A DNA stretch of 19,644 nucleotides from NCBI GenBank assembly GCA_002269645.1, contig NIVC01005230.1:1-19644 (forward strand), given 5' to 3'. This DNA comes from Macrostomum lignano. Lineage: Eukaryota. The first letter of the stretch is position 1; every line of letters starts with the position of its first letter. Below the pieces are notes generated by a model. It ran no database searches. It saw only the letters and a list, made by a program, of their open reading frames with translations, and was not told the origin of the DNA. Position numbers and translations under genes: made by a program. Below are positions 10,034 through 19,644 of the stretch, piece after piece.

Positions 10034-10111
10034 CTGCAAAAAAGTATGTAGCAATCAAATTTCAACGCTAAAATTTTCCAGTCTGAAGCATCTCAATGAG
10101 ATGAAACTTGC

Positions 10112-10249
10112 CCGAGTGCATTCCGCCTCGAAGCTGCAGCTTGTGTCCGGGCATGTGCTTGATCTCGATGTGGCCAGTGTGGTGCAGCAGGTCGAGGCCC
10201 ATGCGACAGATCTCGTCAGTGTGTCGATTTCCGATACGAGTTGGAACGC
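10112..10249 (-). CDS. NIT-GC cyclase exon 2
   Basis: GVPTRIGNRHTDEICRMGLDLL...KLQLRGGMHSG; CCGCAG| acceptor; ends at a GC donor (G|GCAAGT). Confidence 0.9.
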
Positions 10250-10346
10250 CTGCGGTAATTAATTATACATGTAGTGAGTACAACTAAAAGTTGTTTCGGG
10301 GAGTATACTCAAACTTTTACGCCAAATAAAGTTCAGTCAAACCTAC

Positions 10347-11921
10347 CACTAGCCACCATGTAGGAATCGCCAATTGTTTCAACCTTGTACACATTGTAGA
10401 GGCATATTCTGGAGTCAAAGCAACTGTAAACAGCGTTGAGCATGTCAACTATTTGAATTGGCGCGCTCTCCGATACTAAAGCAGCGAAGCCAATCAGATC
10501 GCTGAAGAATATCGTAGATTGGTCGAAACTTTCAGCTGCAATGTTTTTTCCACGCTTAAGCTGCTCAGCAACGCTTCGAGGGATCATTTGGTAGAGCAGC
10601 TCGTTCGTTCGCTGACGCTCGTTGTTGAGATGATTCGTCTGCGTTGCCAGGGTTAAAGCGTAGGACTGAACATCCGACATCACAGCCTGGATGGTAATAA
10701 CGATCAATGGACAAACCAAGATGGTGATGCACAGAAAGCTGATTGTCACGGACAGATCTGCTATATCGTCCTGGCCGAATCTTTCAGATCCAGAATCACA
10801 GATTCTACAAGCCTCAATTGCACTTCCAGAATAGCATCCATGTAGATTGTCATATTGTCGAACCATTTCGTCGACAATACGCTAGATTTTCTTGTCAAAT
10901 TCTTGTATAGAATCTCCGCTCTCATGACCGTCAGGCTTTTCTCCACCGGATGACTTGATTTATTTAGCGCCCTAGCCAGATTGATGGTCACCTCTTCCGA
11001 GTAGAGACTAGCGGCTTTCCGGTTGCTGGTACTGACAAAGTGCTTCTGCAGGTACCATTGATAGTCAGCATGGCCGCGGAAGCTCCCATTTGAGAAGAAA
11101 ACAGCTCCAAGAGAGCGTTCAACGCCCATGTTCTCTTTGCAGATAACAAGCATAACATAAGCAACCATCTTTCGCCAGAGTGAGCCATCCCGGGACTTTT
11201 GAATAGCAGTGTAAACCCAATCAATGAACACCTGTGTCAGTTCGGAATAGAACCTGATTTCCCGGTACAGGCTGGTTTTGAAGTGGTCTAATTCTCTTCT
11301 ATGCTTGCTTAATTCTTCCATGAAATTTTCCCGACTACGAAATGTGTCCTTGTGGTGCAACAACTGCTTCTGTTGCAGCTCTTGTCTTAGGGATAAGGAA
11401 TACTGGCTTGGCCATACCGACAACTGCAGCAGAGCTCTGTCCGTCTCCGGGTACCGATCGGTCATGATCATGCGGGTCTCGGAGCTGCCGCTGCCGCAAA
11501 ACAGCGCCGTCATGTCTCTTTCCCGTTGAAGCGCGTGAATAACCTGGCCAGTCTCCATCACGAATCGCATGGACTGTCGTACGGCCGCGTTCAGATCGTT
11601 CCGCTGACTCACAGCGGTCATTTCGCTGATGGTGATGCAGCCTAGAGCGATGATTGGTACAAGGATGAGGATCATGATCTTGGCCATCTGCTTGCGCTTG
11701 CCGCTGCGAGTCAGCGGGTTGCCATGGCACAATCGACCTAGACAGCCTCTGTCGGCGCTACTACTGCTGCTGCGAGAGGCACTGCGTCGATGCTTTTTGC
11801 CTAATTTTTCAATATTTTTCAGCGCCGTGGTTGTGCCCTGGCTCGCGGTGGACGATGACGAGACGTATGACTGGGCGCTGTCAGCGCGATGCTGCTGCTG
11901 ATCGGCCTCGTTAGCCACCAT
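10347..11921 (-). CDS. NIT-domain guanylyl cyclase, first coding exon (TM1-NIT-TM2-coiled coil-cyclase N-half); -1 frameshift at ~10770-10774
   Basis: TM1 KIMILILVPIIALGCITI. NIT motifs ALQRERDMT, TDRAL and KENMGVERSLG. TM2 LSVTISFLCITILVCPLIVITI. ERQRTNELLYQMIPRSVAEQL coiled coil. Cyclase motifs TIFFSDLIGF and VYKVETIGDSYMVASG. Donor G|GTAGGT at 10347/10346. Confidence 0.92.
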
Positions 11922-13284
11922 TCTCGCGCTTTGAAGGAGGATGAGTGAGAGCTGGGTTCCTGACGGCAAGTATTTGCTCCTGTATATATATAAGCCTTAA
12001 GCCTTTGCGGCTTTAACTGATGGGTAACACACCCCTGCCTGTGTGTGCTCACAACAATCGAACAGCTCTTTGAATTTATTGTGTCTTTCGGAGGTTCCTT
12101 TGAACGGCACACGAAGCGCGTTGTTGCTTCTACATCGGGCAACAGAAGCAAAGGTGTAGCGCGTTGCCAATTAATTATCTGGGATGATTAACTCACCCAG
12201 AGATGATTCGCTCTGCAATCTGAGGATTGGGTAAAGTCGCTAATTGCTTTTCACTTCCCCCGAGGAGGAAGTCCCTCCACAGAGGCCGACAAACAGGGCG
12301 ATTTAATTATCCTGTGCTCCAGTCACGAAGCCCAGTGTTGTCCACTTCTTGCACCGCTGAATACCTCGACTCGCGCCCGATTATGGAATTTTTCCACCTG
12401 TTTTTCAGCCGCGCTTTCATCGTAGGCGCAGATTTGCAGGCAAATTGGGCTAATTGTGGAAAGCTGATTCTGTTAGCTAGTAATTGGTCGCGTGTCCGGT
12501 TTAATAATGCATGGTTAAATTATAGATTCGGCCAGCCTCGTTTTACGCGGCATATTTTTTTTCTAAGGTTTCTGGAGCGACATGCATTTTAAGCACGTAA
12601 AAAAGGGACTCAAAAAAGATTGACGTTTTCGTTCGAACCTGATTATTATTATCTTTGCATCCTTATTTAGTATTGCTTGATGACTTTACCAGGTAAGAAA
12701 AGACAACTGTACAGATTAGTTATAGTTACTTAGAGTCGGTGCTTATTAAAATGATAGCTCTCGCAGGTTGGTTGTATTCATGCAAACACGATGGGATTTT
12801 GTCTTAACAACGCTTGAGCTCAGGCTTGCTCAAATGATTTTGGGGGTGGGTAAAGTAAGGGGATTTGTAAATTGAGTAGCATGCAACCCATTATTAATAA
12901 AGAAATCTGAGTGACTGAACAAATGAATGCGAGAAATATTAAAGCAATGGGGACGCATGCGTGGAAAGAGAGAGAAACTCAGTTTCCTGTACCTGTACTA
13001 TCAAATGATTTCAAGGTGTTGTCTGTTTTATATAAGCGTAACTCCACAGGTTACTGCCTGTATGTGTGATTAAGATAGACTGATGCTAGTTCGCAGAAGT
13101 GACAGAAAGATTAACTAGCTAACAGCATCCACAGGTCTATACTTGCTAATCAGTTAGCTGGTGTTTCAGTGCGATACCAGCTACCTAAATAGCAATTCCC
13201 GAATTACCATCAAAGTTTACTTCCTCTTCCAGCGAGTTTTCTTCACGTTTAAACTATAATTGCCGAGTTAATCTAGTTCAGCTG

Positions 13285-14373
13285 TTACAACCGGCTCTCG
13301 ATAGAGCTACTCTGCAGAGCCCCGCACGGGTCGCTCTCTTGAGTTTGAATTTCGTCATCGTTGTAGTCCTCGTCGACGCTACTAGCCGCGGGACAGTCGT
13401 CATAGTCGATGTCATCGAAGTCACGAAGCCTGACTGAAGAGGACATGCCCGCGACTTCGGCGGCCGTGGCAGTCACGACAATCAGGGAGCCCTTGGACGA
13501 GACCTCGTCGCCTGTGGGAGCTACGACGTTCTCGCTGATGCCGACGCCCTGCCGCTGCCCAAACCGCGTCGTCTTCGTAGCTCCGCGTTTAACAGAGCTC
13601 CGGCTACTAGCATGGCAACGATCGATAGGGCTATTGTCAGCGCCCAAACTAAGGCGCACACTATGCGACTGATACTTCCAGTTTCAGTCGTTGTGGCAGC
13701 CAGACCTTTGACTGGTCGTCTCGGCCTCTGCTGTTGGCCACTACAACCACGGGCTCCGTTGACCGTGGAATCTCCTCATCAACGCCGGCTGGCCGACTGC
13801 AGACGGCAAACACGCGACTGTAGGCAGTTTGGCCGGGTGAGCACAGAATGCTCTGCGCTCTCGGTGTACTGGTTTCCGATCGAAAGTTTGCGCCGAGAAG
13901 TGTGAGACAGATCGGATCGGATCGGGGTCTCCACTGGTCGAAGATGTCTGGCGTCTGGACTAGTAAGCAGACGGCGAGTCGCTCATTTGGCCGGTCGCTG
14001 CGATGCGCCTGAAACAGGGCCAGGCGTAAGAGGTTTTCTAGCCGAGTCTCCAGCTCCGGCTGCATCCCCTCGGTAGAAGCGGAGCTGTCTTTGTCTAGTC
14101 CAGACACGCGAAACAGATCGTCGAAGCCTGCTCGCTTGCAGTCGGATTCTAGGCGTTGAAGGCAGTCGGTCACTTGCATAAGGGTCAGCTGCTTACTGTC
14201 TGAAGATGAGGCTGCAACCGACGGTTCGTGGATAGCGGGCAGGGTGGCCAGGTCTAGATGATTGTAGCGGAACTTTGGCGAAGCTTCAGGCGGTCGGGCA
14301 GATGACACTGAAGCTGCTGCCAGGACGTAGCAAGTACAAGCAGCGAGAGCAGCAACAGTGGAAATTTTTGCAT
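13285..14373 (-). CDS. Putative type I single-pass membrane protein, family unknown; about three -1 frameshifts
   Basis: ATG 14373 starts the signal-like MQKFPLLLLSLLVLATSWQQ. A -1 shift enters the 13661-14461 ORF (Cys-containing ectodomain). A second -1 shift gives IVCALVWALTIALSIVAMLVAGALLNAELRRRR (TM plus basic stop-transfer). A third -1 shift gives an acidic tail (DFDDIDYDD...) ending at 13285. Confidence 0.55.
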
Positions 14374-14540
14374 TGGCCTCATCTTCGAAGCACAAAACTA
14401 TCTCTAGTCGAGCACTTGAGGCTTGTCCTTTTTCGTTAAAATAATTGCTCGCGTCGCTCAAAGGTGAGTTGAGTTGAGACGGAGGATTCTTTTATCGTTC
14501 CGCCTCGCTGCCATTTGACACGTGGCGCTGTCTCCTCGCT

Positions 14541-14559
14541 AGAGAGAGAGAGAGAGAGA
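14541..14559. repeat. (AG)9 microsatellite
   Basis: Direct reading. Confidence 0.95.
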
Positions 14560-14703
14560 CGGATAGCAATAACGAAGAGGACAGTCCGCTGATCAAAAAC
14601 AGATCAAGTATCGCGTGACTGCAGGCGATAAAAGATTAGTAGAGTTACATATCGAGTGAATATTAGGAGGCCCGAGCGCGATCACGGTCCAATTCTGGAG
14701 AAA

Positions 14704-14707
<4 letters not shown>

Positions 14708-14735
<28 letters not shown>
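14708..14735. repeat. (GA)14 microsatellite
   Basis: Direct reading. Confidence 0.95.
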
Positions 14736-14739
<4 letters not shown>

Positions 14740-15132
14740 ACGGCGCGAGGTGTCAAAAGAAATGAGGCAAATAAAAATATTTCGGGGCTTCAAAGCTGAA
14801 GGCTGGTTGGCTGCGCACATCTTCCATTGGTTGGGTGGAAGATGAACTTTTTTGCCACCTCTCACGGTGGCTCCTCCCTTTCTTTCCCTCATTGGGATAG
14901 GCATGAAAACCTGCCCTCATCTACCGTTTGCACTCTATTTATACTCAACTCTTCTTCATCAGCAGAGCCTTTTTTCTCTCTTCTTTTATAAATTCTTTCA
15001 ATCGCATCTTGAGTCCGCGGTTTCAACGTGCGGTCGGAGCCTGGGGTTGGGAGAGAACGATAGTGGAAACAGATGAAGATGCGCTGTAGCGGTGAATTGA
15101 ATGAAAAACCGATTGGGGACTGAGAATTGAGC

Positions 15133-15138
<6 letters not shown>

Positions 15139-15168
<30 letters not shown>
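15139..15168. repeat. (GA)15 microsatellite
   Basis: Direct reading. Confidence 0.95.
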
Positions 15169-15172
<4 letters not shown>

Positions 15173-15844
15173 AGAGGAGGTGGGTGTTGCATGGTTGATG
15201 AGGAAGCCCAGGAAGCTTCCGGTTCACTGGTCACTACTTCTCTGTTCTTCCTAGCGTCCCAGCAACCGCCGCTGTTGGTCCCATTTGCGATCCCGACTCA
15301 CCCAGTGAAAAAGGCCCCGCCCAGCGGCCTTGGGCGCCTCCCCTTCCTTCCTTCCTACTACGTGGCAATACGCGGCGCAATTCCCAAAGTTTAGCTGACG
15401 AAAGAACCAGTGTAGTAGCTATTGTATCCGCATAGCAAGGGCAGATAGAATGTCTGACGGCAGGATTGTCCACTCGGCCAAACGGTTGTGTGCTCAGAGT
15501 CTATATAGAATGCCCTAAATGCCTTGAGCAGGCCTTTCTTTCTAACCATCTCGTGCAACCGCGCACCACAAAGGCGCACGCAGAATTTTATATAAATAGT
15601 AAAATATATTCACAGTGAAGCTATATATCCCAAGTGATTTTTTATGCACAGCTTACGTCCTCTCTCGGTTGCCAACCCATCGGCCATCATTACCATCCAA
15701 CTCCCCTGGATGATGGTTTGCGTGAATTTCAACTCTGAGCCATGCAGCTTAAAGCTTGGGTCTCAACTGATGACACTGCAATCGTCTCTAAAGTCCTGCG
15801 ATAGCGAATAAGCTTAGTTTAGGATGCAGAGCACGACATCTCCG

Positions 15845-15860
15845 TATATATATATATATA
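15845..15860. repeat. (TA)8 microsatellite
   Basis: Direct reading. Confidence 0.85.
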
Positions 15861-16858
15861 GTCAGCCCCCAGCATTGAGCTGTTGCTTATGTATTATGTA
15901 TCACTGTGAGGAATCCAAGCTTCAATCCTTTCCATTCTAGAATTTTCCCATGGCCTACCTTTTTATTTGCTAAAGTTGGGAATTCACTCATTTGAACTAT
16001 TTCTCTTTTTTTCATCGGGGGATAGAAGCTGGAAAGGTATATCCAGCCGAGAATTATCGAGCTAGCTGTCAATCAAAAACTATAGTAAAAGTCCGGCTTA
16101 GTGTTGCCAGCAGTCGCGGCGAGATACAACGCATAGGATACTTAAATTCCTCAAGTATTTCTGCATTCTTGCGACAGCACAGTAATCCCATATCTTTTCT
16201 GTTTTTCCACAGTCAGCTTTTGACATTTTAGAGCTTTCACACGTTACCCCGTTGTCCAGCATGGGCTGTGAGAAAAAATTGTGAAAGGCAAGTGAAAGCA
16301 AGCCTCGCTGATCTCGATGAGGAAATTTGCATCGAAATTCCATATGAAGATGAGTCCATAACTTTCCAAGTCAAAAGTCTAAGTTCCTATTGTACTACTA
16401 TTAGTAGAAAGGAAAGTGCACATGCAGGACAATTAGAAAGTCAGGGTCGCTGTACACCCCGTGTGAGCGGGCAGAATTGCATCAGCGCTCTGCTTTTGAG
16501 ACGATTTTGTCGAAGGCGTTACGCCGGAATACCCACAGCACTCCTTCAATTATTGTCAAGACGTCAATACGACGTAAAGATATGAGAGAACAGTTTTATT
16601 GGGCAAATGGTTAAACAACAGTGCAAAGTGCAGTTCAAACCGATTGAAGCTAAATATATTACAGAGTTGACACAATATTCGTAGATAGTTTCGGTTTATA
16701 TAAGACTTTGACTATGTTAGGGCTGTTGTAAATAGGAACATTTAACATAGAGCTTAAAATTTGCAGGGCTGTCAATGGATGTCAACGAGGCTTCAAGAAT
16801 GCAGTCCGAGGTGAAGCTACCGCGACCAATCAGATTCGGGCGATAGAGCGTGACGTCC

Positions 16859-18348
16859 TCAGAGCATCTTCAGCTGCCAAGTTCTTATAACTCCGTCGTC
16901 ATCGTGCGCTGTTCGGCCAGCCGACCTGAAGAAGCGCAGCAGAAATGGATAGAGTCTCACAGCTCGGAAACCGCGATCCAAAGCGATCAAGGGGTACAGG
17001 GTGTCGAATTTGTTCGACACGTCGTTGAAAGCGTTCGATATAAACGCAATAACGAAGTTGGCAATGTTGATGCTGACAGCCATGACGAAAATTGTGTGCA
17101 GCACACAGATTGACGGCTTATGCGTTAGGTTAGCTACGTTAATCAAGATTTTTAATGGCGAATAGAGTACATCTCGCGGATTTTTGAACTCTTGGCCAGA
17201 GAAATCGGCCAGGTAGAAAATTGAGCCAAGGATCAGGTAGCCCCAGCCAAAGAGCAACGGCAGCACTAACAGAAATTTGGACAACATCTTGCGAAAGCAG
17301 ACAGCCAGAAAGGCGAAAGGTTTAGAAACCAACTCGTACGATTCGATCACTGACAGAATGTCAAAGAAGGCGTAAAGCACCGCAGCGCACTCTGCCACGT
17401 TGGCCAGGCCTGACAAGCGCAAATTCTCATTGTGACACCCAGAACAAAGTCGGAGCAGTCTAAACTGCCCTGATTTGTGACGACACAGCGCAGTAGACTA
17501 GGCCGAAGCAGAAGCTGAGAAAATAAGCTCCAAGGTAAAAATTGGAGTGCACCAGAAACTTTTTTCTAGTCGGCATCCATTTCCTAGAAAAGAACTGTCG
17601 ATCTTTGATAAAATTGTAGGAGATCACCAGCAGTTGGGTGCACAGACAAAAGTACATAATGGGCAAGGCAATGTCCATCCTTTCAATAATTTCCCTGCGT
17701 CTAACAATCTGGAAAAACAGTGGCGACTGGTATGCCACAATCATATTCTTCGGATTCTCTTTATCCAGCAGGTAATGGAGCACATTGTCTGCTGAGCAGT
17801 TCTTGGGCACCTCCGAAACGAGGGCTTCCGTGCCATTAGCTGTGCTACTGTTCAGTAGTATCGACTTCAGTAGGTTGCCGTATTCGTAAAATCCCGTCTC
17901 CAGGTGGTAGCTTGACTGTATATCGATGCTGAAAATGTGGTTGTAAGCGAGTATATGCCGATAAGGTTTCCCATGGCTGGTTGGAAACTGCAGAGGAGTG
18001 GAATAATGCTGGCCACTTCTTTAGCGAGGGTTTCAGTCCATTTTTTAATGACCGGGGACTCTAGGAAAGCTGACCTGGCCAGAGGATCCGCCTGCTCCGT
18101 TGTGACCAGAGTCAGCATGAGCATGGGATGCTTGTCCTTCGCTCTCCGGTCAACAGATCGTAATCCTGCACGTTGAAGGTGCTGCGAACTCGAACGCCGT
18201 GGCTCACCTGCTTGGTGAGAATGTATCCCTCCACGTGTATGATGAGGTTGAACGTGGAATAGCTCCAATTAGGATAGAATACTCCAGCGGCCTCAGTCCG
18301 TTAGAGTTTTCCATTAGGCAGAGTGACTGAAGCATGTTTGACGTCGAT
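16859..18348 (-). CDS. Divergent TRP channel (TRPV-like): last ankyrin repeat, pre-S1 and S1-S6; several frameshifts
   Basis: ENSNGLRPLEYSILIG (ankyrin N-x-x-GLTPL-like). TKQVSHGVRVRSTFNVQDYD and AFLESPVIKKW resemble the TRPV pre-S1 segment. S4-S6-like: YAFFDILSVIE...FRKMLSKFLLV...EFKNPRDVLYS...IFVMAVSINIANFVIAFISNAFNDV. The 3' end is uncertain. Confidence 0.7.
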
Positions 18349-18700
18349 CTGCAATGAATAGGATTTGCGACTCAGCTAAAGAGCTCAGTAACGATATGGA
18401 GAAGCAAAGAAGCGTTACCATATAAAGCTGAGTTATTGCGTGGTTAATTAGTTGATTAAGTCAACGGAGTCACGACCAGGACTTTATAGACATCGTTTCG
18501 CAATGTATAACAACGTATGCAAGCTTTATCAATGGCGATACAGGAACAATAGGGACTGGAATCAATCATTTTTATGAGATCAGTAATCTCCTCGTACAAG
18601 CTGCAGACTGCTCAGAAAGTCAGAAAAATATCGTATAGTCCCTGTTCTTTACAGACACAGAGTCCTCAAAATGATTGTCCATTGCGATAGCTTAACTCAC

Positions 18701-19308
18701 CGCTGCTCCGAACTGGGACTTTCGAGTGTACATGTACTGCTCAGAATGGAGAACACCGAGTTTGAAAATCGTCATATTCTCTAGCAAGCCGATAGTCCCC
18801 GTCTTTTGTCGAAATTGTCAGCAGCGCCTTTGCTTTAGCCATGCAGTGCAACAGGCCGGAGCCGAGTCGTCCTGCATCATCAGCAGGTTCGGATGCTGAG
18901 CCGCTATGAACTTCAACACCTGACTGCTCTGCGTCAGCGTGCACAGGTGAGCGATTCTACTAAAACTAACTTCATCAGATGATGAAGTTACTAGACTGGA
19001 AGAAGATCGGTTCAAGCAGCGAACTGGAAATTGTTGTTCATTGCTAACTGACAGGTGACCGCTAAGGTGCTTGCTGCCAAGCCCAGCGTCGTAGAGTACC
19101 TCAAGCATTTGGTGTGCATCGTCGGACTTGAGGCAGTCAGTCACAGAGTTGACAGCTGCGGCTCGAATCGGAACTCGTCTCATAGAAGTGCGGAATCATT
19201 GCTATTCTCGCTTGCTGCCTCGCTAGCAGGAGCAGAAAATGTTTCCAATTCGCTTCTATTATATTCCCCAACGCCCAAACCCAACCCCAAACTGCCATTG
19301 GCTGGCAT
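18701..19308 (-). CDS. N-terminal exon of the TRP-like gene (ankyrin region); frameshifted
   Basis: ATG 19308 (MPANGSL...) joins the 18818-19183 ORF by a -1 shift, then reaches the ankyrin-like MQDDSGSGLLHCMAK by another -1 shift. Donor |GTGAGT at 18701/18700. The exact path and a possible extra exon near 18480-18600 are unresolved. Confidence 0.5.
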
Positions 19309-19644
19309 AGTTTGTGGATCTACTAATTATTAACGATGAAATCTCGTAATCACGGAGATCCTGAGTCTATTTGTCTACGCTGACAGTTGCGCTCTATATA
19401 GTAAACAAGCTGTTGAAACCCGCGGATTTTGAACCCGGAATTCCAATCCCGGAACTATTTTTCCATGTTTTCTGAATCTGAGGCCATACTCAAACAAAAA
19501 CTTTTTAATAGTTAGTAGGATAGAGATAGACATCAAATGGAGTACATTTGTGTAAAATTAGAATTTGAGTCAAACATTGATCTTGTTGGTTGGGTTGCTT
19601 TTTTACTTTAAATAGGCAGTTAATGTCTGTCTGACTCTAAAACA

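Noticed and set aside
12685-14470. Plus-strand donor-like sites (CAG|GTAAGA ~12692; AAG|GTGAGT ~14464)
   Set aside because: No accompanying ORF or exon chain; such motifs occur by chance.
15765-15812. CTGATGA as a hammerhead ribozyme core
   Set aside because: No stem II followed by GAAA and no matching stems I/III.
15992-16585. Plus-strand ORFs (79 and 105 aa) with faint ZU5-like wording (ITFQVKSLSSYC)
   Set aside because: Similarity too weak and no consistent exon model; needs a translated homology search.
1-19644. Prokaryotic systems (CRISPR arrays, retrons, DGRs), rRNA or tRNA genes
   Set aside because: None seen; the RT is a LINE RT with APE and TSD, and the host genes have spliceosomal introns.

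Overview
Eukaryotic (metazoan, probably invertebrate) genomic DNA with short spliceosomal introns; the host species cannot be established from sequence alone. (1) An apparently full-length ~5.83 kb non-LTR retrotransposon (803-6633, + strand, LOA/R1/I-group-like; ORF1 plus APE-RT-RNaseH-CCHC ORF2) has an exact 13-bp target-site duplication, a structured 5' UTR and a short TAAGTCAAG tail. (2) It sits in intron 1 of a 4-exon + strand gene for a secreted protein: signal peptide, PAN/apple-like domain and ALK/LTK-type glycine-rich domain, with no TM or kinase. (3) Three minus-strand genes follow: a two-TM NIT-domain guanylyl cyclase (11921-9245), an unassigned probable type I membrane protein (14373-13285) and a divergent ankyrin/TRPV-like channel (19308-~16859). 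All of these genes are broken by frameshifts that are almost all -1, and the best-resolved ones are repaired by adding one base to a short run. This looks like long-read consensus error, so the genes are probably intact in vivo.
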